The notes under the pieces were generated by a model, which was not told the DNA's origin, made no database searches, and was given only the letters and a program-made list of their open reading frames with translations. Below are positions 54,455 through 64,000 of a stretch of DNA of 64,000 bases, one piece after another. This DNA is from an uncultured delta proteobacterium. Its GTDB lineage: Bacteria; Desulfobacterota; Desulfuromonadia; Geobacterales; Pseudopelobacteraceae. The stretch is from NCBI GenBank assembly GCA_963772835.1, contig CAVYYZ010000012.1, forward strand, positions 32,001-96,000, in the 5' to 3' direction. Within the stretch, counting starts at the first letter, position 1; each line of letters starts with the position of its first letter. A program made the translations under genes and the position numbers.

Positions 54455-55654
54455 ATGATGTACGACTATATTGTGATTGGTGCCGGAATAATCGGCGTTT
54501 CCACTGCGTGGCAGCTGCAGCGTGCTTTTCCCGGCAGTTCTGTCCTGGTATTGGAGAAGGAGGCACACCCGGCATGCCACCAGACAGGCCGCAACTCCGG
54601 AGTCATCCATGCGGGGGTCTATTACACCCCGGGCAGCCTGAAGGCAAAATTCTGCAAGGAAGGCAACATCGCTACAAAAAAATTCTGTACTGATTACGGA
54701 ATAAAATTTGACCAGTGCGGAAAACTACTGGTGGCGACAGACGGACAGGAACTCAGGAGAATGGGAGAATTACTGACGCGCTGTGCCGAGAATAAAATCC
54801 CTGTCGAAGAATTGACTGCTCAGCAGTTGAAACAGCGTGAGCCTAATATATCGGGAGTCGGCGCGATTCTGGTGCCGTCGACCGGAATTGTCAGCTACAC
54901 AGCGATTACGATAAAAATGGCGGAACTGGTATTGGAGGGGGGAGGCGAGGTCCATTACAACAGCAGGGTTTTGGCCATAAACGAGCAGCCTGATTTGATA
55001 ACTGTTGAGACCGGTAGAGGCAGGTTCACCGGACGTTTTTTAGTAGCCTGCGCAGGGGTGATGGCTGACCGGATCGTCCAGATGATGGGAATTCAACCGG
55101 ATTTCAAAATTATCCCGTTCCGGGGCGACTACTTTCTATTGGGAGCAGAACATAACCGGATTGTCAACCATCTGATCTATCCGATCCCCGATCCGGAGCT
55201 CCCCTTTCTCGGAGTTCATCTGACCCGCATGATTGACGGAACTGTTACTGTCGGGCCGAACGCTGTTCTTGCCTTCAAGCGTGAAGGGTACGGCAGGTTC
55301 GACTTCAGCCTGAGCGACAGCGTCGAGATGCTCACCTATCCTGGCCTGCTTAAAGTTCTGTACAAGAATTTTACCGTCAGCATGATCGAATTAAAGAACA
55401 GCCTGTACAAAAGAGGGTATCTGGAGCTGGTTCGCAAATACTGCCCTGCTCTTACTCTTAAAGATCTGCATGACTACCCGGCCGGCATCCGGGCACAGGC
55501 GGTCAGCAGGGAAGGGTTACTGGTTACTGACTTCCTGTTCGTCAACACCAGACGGGCTCTCGCGGTCTGCAATGCACCATCTCCCGCAGCAACGTCGGCC
55601 ATTCCGATCGGGTCTTATATTGTGGAGAAAGTCAGAGCTCTCGATCAGGGGTGA
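54455..55654 (+). CDS. lhgO: L-2-hydroxyglutarate oxidase/dehydrogenase
   Basis: GAGIIG, HQTGRNSGVIHAGVYY, PFLGVHLT, GIRAQA and NAPSPAAT. Confidence 0.9.
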   Translation: MMYDYIVIGAGIIGVSTAWQLQRAFPGSSVLVLEKEAHPACHQTGRNSGVIHAGVYYTPGSLKAKFCKEGNIATKKFCTDYGIKFDQCGKLLVATDGQELRRMGELLTRCAENKIPVEELTAQQLKQREPNISGVGAILVPSTGIVSYTAITIKMAELVLEGGGEVHYNSRVLAINEQPDLITVETGRGRFTGRFLVACAGVMADRIVQMMGIQPDFKIIPFRGDYFLLGAEHNRIVNHLIYPIPDPELPFLGVHLTRMIDGTVTVGPNAVLAFKREGYGRFDFSLSDSVEMLTYPGLLKVLYKNFTVSMIELKNSLYKRGYLELVRKYCPALTLKDLHDYPAGIRAQAVSREGLLVTDFLFVNTRRALAVCNAPSPAATSAIPIGSYIVEKVRALDQG

Positions 55655-55680
55655 ATTTTTTCCGGTTCCTGGTCACAGGT

Positions 55681-56976
55681 TTACACAATACTGTGCAGCG
55701 TTTCGAAGAGTTCTGCCTTTGTCATCCCCTCATGCACCTTACTCCCCAGTCCGGTCTGCAGCCTTCGATAGACATCGAAACGTACGGTTTTCTGCCCGTC
55801 TGTATCAGCACCCAGGCGGGAGGCTACAATTCCAACATCAGCCAGCTGCGGCTGGCTGCATGAATTATTGCATCCGGACAGGGCCCAGATCAAGGTTCTT
55901 CCCTTTTCTCCCATATGCGCCAACAGCTCTCGGGCGACATCGCGCGTTGCACTTAATCCCATCAGGCATTCATGGTTACCGGGACATACACGAAAAACAG
56001 GTGCGGGGACATCTGCTGCCAGACCGGTCGACTGCTGCAAAGAGTTCAATGTTACGGCGGAATCAATGCCGGGTGAAAGCATAAGGGCAATATCCTGATT
56101 GGCAGTTACCATCAGCACACCGTCTGCGTGAAGATCGGCACTGTCCGCAATCGCGGCAAGCTGCCCGGCTGTCAGCTTGCCCGCAAAGACCTGAAGTTCC
56201 AGACGATTATGGCCACACTCCGCCGGAACAAGGTATTCAGGCAGGCCGGTAATGTCCGGAATTTCTTCACTGTACGACTCTTCCGCTTCAATCAGTTGGC
56301 GCAGTTTCATTTCACCAAACTCCGCTGCCAGAAATTTAAGTCGTTTTGGTGGCGGCGCATGGGCGGCGTAGACCCTGACGATAGCTTCAATGATCGGGAT
56401 AATTCTCTCTTCCGGCACCCGTTCGTAGATCTGGAATCCGGGGCGAGGCTCTCTGCCGAGCCCTCCCGCAATCCAGATATCAAACCGGGCGCGGCCATTC
56501 TCAATGTCTGCCAGCACCAGTCCAACGTCCTGAATCAGGTGCCTTCCGCCGCTCACATCTGTCTCGAGTCCGATCTTGAATTTCTTCGGCAGACGTTCGT
56601 AGCGTGGATTACCGGTGAAGTGGCGATGCAGGCGTCTTGCGAGGGTTTCAAGTACGGGAAATCCCAGGGCACCCTGACTGCCGCAGGTGATACCGCGAAC
56701 GGCTCCTCCGCACGCTCCGCGCGAGGTAAGGCCAACTTTTGCCAGTTCCCGTTTAACCTGAGACAGATCGTCCTCCTTCAACCAGTGGATCTCCATGCTG
56801 CCACGGGTCGTGAGATGGATGGTTCCCTGTCCAAAACGCGTTGAAATAGCTGCAAGTGCCCGGGCCTGGTCTGCCGAGACAACTCCGGCCGGCAACTTTA
56901 CCCGCTGCATGTAGAAGTCGCCCTGCCGCTGTTTGTAGATGCCGTCAAGACGATATTCGATTACCGGTGTGCTCAT
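55681..56976 (-). CDS. Nitrite/sulfite reductase-family protein (assimilatory sulfite reductase by context)
   Basis: HLTTRG, LPKKFKIG, CPGNHEC and SGCNNSC siroheme/4Fe-4S ligands. Confidence 0.85.
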   Translation of the reverse strand: MSTPVIEYRLDGIYKQRQGDFYMQRVKLPAGVVSADQARALAAISTRFGQGTIHLTTRGSMEIHWLKEDDLSQVKRELAKVGLTSRGACGGAVRGITCGSQGALGFPVLETLARRLHRHFTGNPRYERLPKKFKIGLETDVSGGRHLIQDVGLVLADIENGRARFDIWIAGGLGREPRPGFQIYERVPEERIIPIIEAIVRVYAAHAPPPKRLKFLAAEFGEMKLRQLIEAEESYSEEIPDITGLPEYLVPAECGHNRLELQVFAGKLTAGQLAAIADSADLHADGVLMVTANQDIALMLSPGIDSAVTLNSLQQSTGLAADVPAPVFRVCPGNHECLMGLSATRDVARELLAHMGEKGRTLIWALSGCNNSCSQPQLADVGIVASRLGADTDGQKTVRFDVYRRLQTGLGSKVHEGMTKAELFETLHSIV

Positions 56977-56980
56977 TGGA

Positions 56981-57934
56981 TCAGATCCCCTCAAACAGAG
57001 CAGTTGAAAGATAACGTTCTGCCCCGTCTGGCAGGATCACCACAATAATTTTACCGGCAAATTCATCAAGCTGACCAAGTCTGACAGCTGCAGCTACCGC
57101 AGCCCCGCAGGAGATGCCGACCAGTAACCCTTCTTCTTTTGCCAGACGTTTGGCGAATTCAATCGCTTCAGCGCTTTCTACCAGCTCTACCCGATCAACA
57201 ACTGAGAGATCAAGAGTGTCAGGGATAAATCCGGCACCGATTCCCTGGATCTTGTGTGGTGCGGGCTGAATCGGCTGTCCGGCCAGATGCTGAGTTATCA
57301 CTGGGCTCTCTTTCGGCTCCACCGCTACGGAGATGATATTTTTACCTTTTGTATTTTTTATGTAACGCGAAATCCCGGTGATGGTTCCGCCTGTTCCTAC
57401 CCCGGAGACGATGACATCAACGGCTCCATCGGTATCATTCCATATTTCTGGGCCGGTCGTTTTTTCATGAATTTCCGGGTTTGCAGGGTTTTTAAACTGC
57501 TGCGGTAAAAAATATTTTTCCGGCTCTGCAGCGGCGATCTCCTCGGCGCGACTGATCGCCCCCTTCATACCTTCAGAACCAGGGGTCAGAATCAGAGTGG
57601 CACCGAGAGCGGCCAGTACGCGACGACGCTCAATACTCATTGTTTCAGGCATAGTCAGGGTCAGCTTGTAGCCACGTGCAGCAGCAACGTACGCCAATGC
57701 TATGCCTGTGTTGCCTGAAGTTGGCTCGATTATCTCGACGCCAGGCTTCAATACACCGCGCTTTTCTGCATCCCAGATCATATTGGCACCGATGCGGCAT
57801 TTTACCGAATAGGCGGGGTTTCGACCCTCTACTTTTGCCAGTATGGTGGCTTTTGAGTTGCCGATGATGTGGTTTAATTTCACCAGGGGAGTGTTGCCTA
57901 TCGACTGAGAGTTATCTGCATAAATTTTACTCAT
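56981..57934 (-). CDS. cysK: Cysteine synthase A
   Basis: IGNTPLV, SVKCR (PLP Lys), TSGNTG, GVGTGGT and HKIQGIG. Confidence 0.96.
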   Translation of the reverse strand: MSKIYADNSQSIGNTPLVKLNHIIGNSKATILAKVEGRNPAYSVKCRIGANMIWDAEKRGVLKPGVEIIEPTSGNTGIALAYVAAARGYKLTLTMPETMSIERRRVLAALGATLILTPGSEGMKGAISRAEEIAAAEPEKYFLPQQFKNPANPEIHEKTTGPEIWNDTDGAVDVIVSGVGTGGTITGISRYIKNTKGKNIISVAVEPKESPVITQHLAGQPIQPAPHKIQGIGAGFIPDTLDLSVVDRVELVESAEAIEFAKRLAKEEGLLVGISCGAAVAAAVRLGQLDEFAGKIIVVILPDGAERYLSTALFEGI

Positions 57935-57995
57935 ACATTTCTCCTTTCGCATTTATATATCTCTATAGAACAGATAGATATATATGACAAAAATT

Positions 57996-58457
57996 TTAAA
58001 TACTGAAATCCATTACTCTTGATTTCTGCTGCCGCGCTGCTTCACTTCTATCGACCATATCAGCCAGGGTTGTCGTTTCAAGGACGGAATCGATCGCGGT
58101 TTTAACATCACTCATAACCAGACGGATGCCGCAACAGGCGGGGTCGCCACACTCCTCACACTCCACCCTGACATTGTCGTTGAGGCACTCAACCAGTGCA
58201 AATCCTCCTTCAAGAACCCCAACCACCTTGCCAATCGTAATGTCGGAAGGTGGTGAAGCCAGCATGTATCCGCCACCCTTGCCGATCTTACTTTTCAGCA
58301 CACCACCTTTTCTAAGAGCAACGAGAATCGCTTCAAGAAACTTCCGGGGTATATTTTCTTCTTTCGCAAGTTCGGAAATAAGAATGGGAGCACCCGTGGA
58401 GTGTTCGGCAAGATAGCTGAGCGCCTTAAGCGCATATTTAGTCTTTTTAGAAATCAT
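57996..58457 (-). CDS. Rrf2 family transcriptional regulator (CymR/IscR-like)
   Basis: ISKKTKYAL, FLEAIL, GKGGGY and a C-terminal Cys cluster. Confidence 0.93.
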   Translation of the reverse strand: MISKKTKYALKALSYLAEHSTGAPILISELAKEENIPRKFLEAILVALRKGGVLKSKIGKGGGYMLASPPSDITIGKVVGVLEGGFALVECLNDNVRVECEECGDPACCGIRLVMSDVKTAIDSVLETTTLADMVDRSEAARQQKSRVMDFSI

Positions 58458-58825
58458 AGTCTAGTAAAACTATAGTTATTATACGCGCGCTGTTTTGTCA
58501 AGAACAATTTCCACTTCATTCAAGTCACTTCAGCATTATGTTAGTTAACTCCTGCTTCAATGAAGCTTCCTCTGCGACACCCTTACGCATGCCCTACAAT
58601 TGATCGAAGACAAACGGCCTACTGAATCGGCGTGCACGCACACGCGAGAAAAATACAGCGCTCAATATCTTTTATTCCCATACTTAATTATTAGTCTTCA
58701 TTGAAGCCACGTGAGCAGAAATTTTCCGATCCGCTATTGCCTGAAAACCATGACATTTCTGCTCTCGCAATCCATTATGAAAGATTAAAATATCACTAAG
58801 TAGCTGTAATTTCGAAGAAGACAAA

Positions 58826-58869
58826 CAATCCACAAAATATGTGGATAACCCTGTTGACGCTGTGGATAT
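58826..58869. promoter_or_regulatory. Cluster of DnaA-box-like 9-mers
   Basis: CAATCCACA (58826), perfect TGTGGATAA (58840), TGTGGATAT (58861). Confidence 0.5.
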
Positions 58870-59300
58870 GTTTCATAAATGTCACATAAGATCTAGTGTT
58901 TTATCGAATTGCACAGAGAATAAACAGGTGTAGTAACTACCTGAATTAACGTGTCAATACTTATTTTACCCATGCGCTCAAACAAGCCTGAAATGGTCTG
59001 ATACCTGAAAGTCTAAAAAATAGGCAGCATATCAGCTACTAACAAAATATCAGGTTATTTGACATTCATTTTGGGCCAGATCCTTACGGTCTATTTTTTA
59101 TTTTTTCCCGTCTTAATTGGTGGAGGAGATCACTTACATCAGCCACACTGAAAGGCTCTGTACATCAACAACTGAGCGTGCATCGAAATTCAAGTGATAT
59201 TTTTGCAAGGTCGTTATCTGAAGCACCGGTAAATGCTGCACAAAGAAAAAACCCTTCAAACAGAGAAGGGCACCATCCAACACTCAGGTATTTAGCATTA

Positions 59301-59564
59301 TCACTCGGTAAACTTTACAGCTACTTTCTTTGACTCCTGCCTTACTATCTTACAGGCACGCTTTAACGTACGATCTGTAGTATTAAAGCTCAACTCCAAT
59401 CGGCACGTATCACCAACGCGTAAGTCTGCATTACCCTGAATCTCAACCAGAGCCCCGCTAAATGATAAATCATCCAAAGATGCTGGGTGGGCATTACCAT
59501 CGTTAATTACGAGAGCACAGTGTGATTTCAATTTAGCCCGGGAATGTTTTCTATTATTTTCCAT
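59301..59564 (-). CDS. Stand-alone PilZ domain protein
   Basis: RKHSR (RxxxR) and DLSFSG (DxSxxG) c-di-GMP-binding motifs. Confidence 0.85.
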   Translation of the reverse strand: MENNRKHSRAKLKSHCALVINDGNAHPASLDDLSFSGALVEIQGNADLRVGDTCRLELSFNTTDRTLKRACKIVRQESKKVAVKFTE

Positions 59565-59874
59565 ACAGTAACCTCGCATCGGTTATACAGCCTCATTCTG
59601 CTATGTGCTACAATAATTTTACGGCTCCACATTTAGCCTCATATGTGCACCCAATCAGGGTCGCTATGCTACTCCTCAGCCTGAACAAACTGCAGAAGAC
59701 CCGCGTAGTCCGACTGCTTCTATGTCTCTATAGGCTGATACTTATTAACATGTGCTGCCTATGTCTGCAAGCCCGACTCCTTAATTTTTATATTCACATA
59801 TGCTTTTACGCTATGGGCATGCAATGGGGAACAGTATGCTCTTCTTTGTAATCCACTGGTTCACACAGATTAGT

Positions 59875-59950
59875 TGGTGAGCCGCGTTGGGGTCGAACCA
59901 ACGACCACCTGATTAAAAGTCAGGTGCTCTACCGACTGAGCTAGCGGCTC
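59875..59950 (-). tRNA. tRNA-Lys (anticodon UUU)
   Basis: GAGCCGCTAGCTCAGTCGGTAGAGCACCTGACTTTTAATCAGGTGGTCGTTGGTTCGACCCCAACGCGGCTCACCA; 76-nt cloverleaf with encoded CCA. Confidence 0.97.
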
Positions 59951-60576
59951 AAAAAGAAGAACTATTTACCCCAATATGCGATCTGTGTCAATGTTTATTT
60001 TACAGGAAGCTTCGTTTTTATATTTGGCCTCGGCACTATTTCACTCTGCAACTGAATCTCAGACAGAGCATTGTCCCTTCATACTTATAAATTCAACTGC
60101 ACATTTCATATAACTAAACATGCGACAGCAAGAGCAATCCTTAATTTAGAACATTTATCTGTTTATCATATAATAACACTGTTTTATTATTTAATATTTT
60201 TGTGTTGCAATTTCAGTTAAAATACTGTATACATTTCCGGGTCATGGGGATAAACAGGAGTTAACCCCCGTTGATATTATATACATATGCTTGTTATATT
60301 TGAGTATTCGCTATTTATTGATTGATTTGCATATTTTGTATTTATTATAAAATGTAAAATTTATTTCTAAACTTCCATACAGGCCACTATTGTTTTTTGC
60401 ATTACAACGATTGGGGATTGCGCACGACAAAGAGAGAGTTTGTATCCAATTTAGAATGCTGATTTTTTTTTGATCGGACAATTACCCGTTCGAGATGATT
60501 CAAATTCAGACGAAAGGAGAAACCAATACCGAAACAAAACGTAACTATCCGTACTTAAAAATGAAAGGAGTACCTC

Positions 60577-60888
60577 ATGTCTCAAAAGCAATATGACTGG
60601 GCAGCAATCGCAAAGAATCCAAAATTTATAGAGTTACATCACAAAAAACAGGCATTTCTTTTCGGATGGTGGATTTTTTCCACTGCATATTACTTCCTGC
60701 TCCCCATCGGGGCTGCCTATGCTCCGGGTCTATTCAAAATCAAGGTCATCGGTGTCATTAATTTTGGCTACATATTCGCCCTCTCCCAGTTTTTTGTATC
60801 CTGGGCGCTGGCTCTGTACTACGCACACGTGGCCAACAAAGATTTTGACAGGTTGACCAAAGAACTTATCGACGAACTTCATCTTTAG
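60577..60888 (+). CDS. DUF485 (YjcH-like) membrane protein
   Basis: Two TM helices and the Y...ANKDFD motif; precedes actP. Confidence 0.9.
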   Translation: MSQKQYDWAAIAKNPKFIELHHKKQAFLFGWWIFSTAYYFLLPIGAAYAPGLFKIKVIGVINFGYIFALSQFFVSWALALYYAHVANKDFDRLTKELIDELHL

Positions 60889-60904
60889 AAAAGGAGGATA
60901 CGAC

Positions 60905-62890
60905 ATGACTTTTAAGAAAATTATCATCGCAGCCAGCTTGACCCTCACCGTTGCCGCAGCCGCCTTTGCTGAAGAAGCGAAAGAAACTCCTGCTGCTTCT
61001 GGGGCCGCCACTGCTGCCACCGCACAGACTCCTGCTTCAACACTGGCAATGTCTGCTACAGGCCTATCCACTCCGACCAATGCAGCCGCACTTGCTCCGG
61101 TTAAAAAAAGAGAGTTGAAGGCCAATAAGGTTGTTACCCTCTCTATGTTTGCTGTCATCATTGGCATCACTCTGGCCGTAGTCATCTGGGCAGCACGCCA
61201 GACCAAGACCGCCTCCGACTTCTACGCCGCCGGTGGTGGTATCACCGGGACACAAAACGGCTGGGCCATTGCCGGGGACTATATGTCGGCGGCCTCGTTC
61301 CTGGGGATTTCCGGCCTGATTTCGCTGTACGGCTATGACGGGTTCATGTACTCCGTCGGTTGGCTGGTAGCCTACATCACGGTTCTGCTGATCGTGGCCG
61401 AACCCTGCCGCAATGCCGGCAAGTACACCCTGGGTGATATTCTCTCATTCCGTACCGACCCGAAACCCGTCCGTGCATTGGCTGCCATTTCGACTGTGGC
61501 AGTCTCCACCTTCTATCTGACTGCACAGATGGTCGGCGCAGGAAAATTGATGGCTCTACTTGTCGGCGTACCGTACAAGACCGCCATCGTAGGCGTCGGC
61601 ATTCTGATGGTCGGCTACGTGGTCTTCGGCGGCATGACCGCCACAACCTGGGTACAGATCATCAAGGCCGGCCTGCTTATGTCTGGCGCCGCGCTACTGT
61701 CGGTACTGGTTCTGGCCAAGGCGGGATTCAACCCGATCCACTTCTTCGACATGATCGTTAACAGCCCCGACATCCAGGACCACGTTTCCAAGCTGGTGCT
61801 AAAAGACGGTATCACTCTTACCGGAGTGGATGCCGGTCAACGCTTCCTTGAGCCGGGTCTGTTTCTCAAAAACCCGCTTGATCAGATATCGCTTGGAATG
61901 GCCCTGGTTCTTGGCACCGCAGGCATGCCACACATCCTGATGCGCTTCTTCACCGTTCCGACCGCCCAGGCTGCGCGCAAGTCAGTTATCATTGCCATGT
62001 TCATCATCGGCCTGTTTTATGTCCTTACCACCCTTCTGGGGTTCGGCGCGGCCATTAACCTGACACCACAAGGCATTATTTCGGTTGACCCGGGCGGCAA
62101 CATGGCCACCCTGATGCTGGCAGAACAACTCGGTGCAGACATCGCTCCGATTGTTGGTGACCTGTTCCTGGCCTTCCTCTGTTCCGTTGCCTTCGCTACC
62201 ATTCTGGCCGTAGTATCAGGTCTTGTTCTGGCTGCGTCAGCTGCCATCGCCCACGATATCTATGTAAACGTCATCAAGGACGGCCATGCCGACCAGCATG
62301 AGCAGGTCATGGCTGCCCGCATCACCTCACTGGTTGTTGGAGCCGTCGGTATCATCATCGGTCTACTGGCCGAGAAAGCAAACGTTGCCCACCTGGTTGC
62401 CCTGGCGTTTGCGGTTGCCGCCTCCGGAAACCTGCCGGTTGTCGTTCTTTCGCTGTTCTGGCGTAAGTTCAACACAGCGGGCGTAATCTCAGGCCTTGTA
62501 GTAGGCACAATCGCTTCGATCGGACTTGTTATGGTTTCCCCCAACATGACCTATCCAAAAGTTGTGGCTGCAGGCGCACAGAAGGTTATCACCGCAATGG
62601 AGAAGAAGCAGGCGACCCTGCCTCCGGGGACCGCACTTGAAGAAAAAGATGCAAAAGCTCTTGCAAAGGCTCAAAAAGACGTATTAGGTAAAGACGGCAC
62701 CTCCATGATGGGTCTTGAGAAGCCGCTCTTCAATCTGAAGAACCCGGGCATTGTTTCCATTCCGCTGGGCTTTATTGCAGCGATTCTTGGATGCCTCATG
62801 TTCCCCAGCAGGCGTTCGGAAGAGATGTTTGACGAAGTTTATGTCCGGCAAAATACCGGCATTGGCATGGCCAAAGCAATAGATCACTGA
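60905..62890 (+). CDS. actP: Cation/acetate symporter (sodium:solute symporter family)
   Basis: NGWAIAGDYMSAASFLG, GTAGMPHILMRFFTV and AFATILAVVSGL. Confidence 0.93.
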   Translation: MTFKKIIIAASLTLTVAAAAFAEEAKETPAASGAATAATAQTPASTLAMSATGLSTPTNAAALAPVKKRELKANKVVTLSMFAVIIGITLAVVIWAARQTKTASDFYAAGGGITGTQNGWAIAGDYMSAASFLGISGLISLYGYDGFMYSVGWLVAYITVLLIVAEPCRNAGKYTLGDILSFRTDPKPVRALAAISTVAVSTFYLTAQMVGAGKLMALLVGVPYKTAIVGVGILMVGYVVFGGMTATTWVQIIKAGLLMSGAALLSVLVLAKAGFNPIHFFDMIVNSPDIQDHVSKLVLKDGITLTGVDAGQRFLEPGLFLKNPLDQISLGMALVLGTAGMPHILMRFFTVPTAQAARKSVIIAMFIIGLFYVLTTLLGFGAAINLTPQGIISVDPGGNMATLMLAEQLGADIAPIVGDLFLAFLCSVAFATILAVVSGLVLAASAAIAHDIYVNVIKDGHADQHEQVMAARITSLVVGAVGIIIGLLAEKANVAHLVALAFAVAASGNLPVVVLSLFWRKFNTAGVISGLVVGTIASIGLVMVSPNMTYPKVVAAGAQKVITAMEKKQATLPPGTALEEKDAKALAKAQKDVLGKDGTSMMGLEKPLFNLKNPGIVSIPLGFIAAILGCLMFPSRRSEEMFDEVYVRQNTGIGMAKAIDH

Positions 62891-62920
62891 TATATTGAAT
62901 CATTGAAGATTATGATATAG

Positions 62921-62950
62921 TGGGGTGGCTTCGGCCATCCCATTTTTTTT
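62921..62950 (+). terminator. Intrinsic terminator after actP
   Basis: TGGGGTGGC-TTCG-GCCATCCCA followed by T8. Confidence 0.85.
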
Positions 62951-62984
62951 CAAAGTTCCAAGCACCCTAACTGAAAGGATTTTT

Positions 62985-64000
62985 GTGGAAACCGTTTCAA
63001 TTGCCACATCTGACGGATACGAACTTTCATGCCTGCGGCGAGCAGTGATAAAGCTGCTGGAACCAATAGGAGGCATTTCTGCATTTATTAACAGCGGAGA
63101 TAGAGTCCTGCTTAAACCTAACCTACTGTCCGCAAAGGATCCTGACAAGGCCGTCACAACTCACCCCTCCCTGGTAAGGGTTGTTGCAGAACTGGTGCAA
63201 GAGGCCGGCGGAATTGTTTTGATTGGTGACAGCCCGGGTATCGGCGGATTTTCACGGGTCGCTGCGAAATGCGGAATGTATGATGCGGCACACGAAAGCG
63301 GTTCCTCTCTCGTTGAATTTGATGAGACAGTCGAACTCAAAGGTAACGGGACCTTTCGTTCTATTCGTCTGGCCCGCGTCTATTACGAGGCAGATAGAAT
63401 AATAAACCTTCCCAAACTAAAAACACATGAAATGATGACGATGACCTGTGCGGTCAAAAATCTTTTTGGAGCGGTCATCGGCGCTGAAAAGGCGGGTTGG
63501 CATCTAAACGCGGGCAGTTCGCGGCAGTTGTTTGCGAGGCTGCTTCTTGAAATATATCAACTTAAAAAACCTACTCTGAATATTGTTGACGCGATATATG
63601 CGATGGAAGGAAACGGCCCGGGAAATGGCGACCCGATCAAACTCGGCCTGTTAATCGCGGGAGTAAATCCGGTAGCAGTAGACGTAATTGCAGGGAGATT
63701 GGCGGGGATACCTGCCGAACTGCTGTACATCGAACGCGAAGCAGCCTGCATAGGACTGCCGGGAGCATCAATTAACGACATTCTGCTCTGCGGCACACCG
63801 ATTGATACAATTGCGAAGACTATCTTCAGACTGCCCGCCGGCCTCGACGTTCAGTTCGGTCTTCCCGCCTTTCTCACGAATGCACTAAAGAACCATCTGA
63901 CATCGTACCCTGCAGCCGATGCGAAATCGTGCGTGTTATGCGGCATCTGTCGCGATGCCTGCCCACCGGGAGCAATCACAATACAAAACAGCGCGCTGTC
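62985..64000 (+). CDS. DUF362 domain protein with a C-terminal 4Fe-4S ferredoxin domain (runs off the edge)
   Basis: Manual translation from GTG: VLLKPNLL...TTHP...GDSPG, NLPKLKTH, KNLFG and CVLCGICRDACP. Confidence 0.88.
   Translation, partial: METVSIATSDGYELSCLRRAVIKLLEPIGGISAFINSGDRVLLKPNLLSAKDPDKAVTTHPSLVRVVAELVQEAGGIVLIGDSPGIGGFSRVAAKCGMYDAAHESGSSLVEFDETVELKGNGTFRSIRLARVYYEADRIINLPKLKTHEMMTMTCAVKNLFGAVIGAEKAGWHLNAGSSRQLFARLLLEIYQLKKPTLNIVDAIYAMEGNGPGNGDPIKLGLLIAGVNPVAVDVIAGRLAGIPAELLYIEREAACIGLPGASINDILLCGTPIDTIAKTIFRLPAGLDVQFGLPAFLTNALKNHLTSYPAADAKSCVLCGICRDACPPGAITIQNSAL

Noticed and set aside
59875..59950. tRNA-Lys as an island integration site
   Set aside because: No duplicated tRNA 3' end and no integrase nearby

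Overview
Chromosomal window from a Geobacteraceae-like deltaproteobacterium (inferred from gene content and Geobacter-type cyclic-dinucleotide riboswitches). From left to right: a glutarate-type catabolic unit (CaiB CoA-transferase, glutaryl-CoA dehydrogenase, IclR); divergent gltBD and gdhA; a sigma54-controlled 3-hydroxybutyrate/acetoacetate uptake and utilisation operon; and an AT-richer accessory/defence island (about 22.7-32.3 kb). The island encodes an HTH-ImmA/IrrE peptidase, a DUF4411 PIN-like protein, an AbiGi-like protein, an MmeI-type restriction-modification enzyme, small orphan genes and DinJ-YafQ, and carries two degenerate attC-like sites. It ends in an in-frame fusion of a CoiA-like nuclease domain to the housekeeping PcrA/UvrD helicase. 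Further right are an osmoadaptation cluster (ablAB, mscS), MATE, IHF, a radical SAM enzyme, ssb, tandem c-AMP-GMP-type riboswitches before a secreted RCC1-repeat protein, an orphan degenerate ABC half-exporter, a Rrf2-controlled sulfate assimilation cluster interrupted by lhgO, a DnaA-box cluster, tRNA-Lys and an acetate permease operon. The best candidates for something new are the CoiA-PcrA chimera and the defence operon and cassette-like array upstream of it. All family assignments come from motif recognition by eye, not from database searches.
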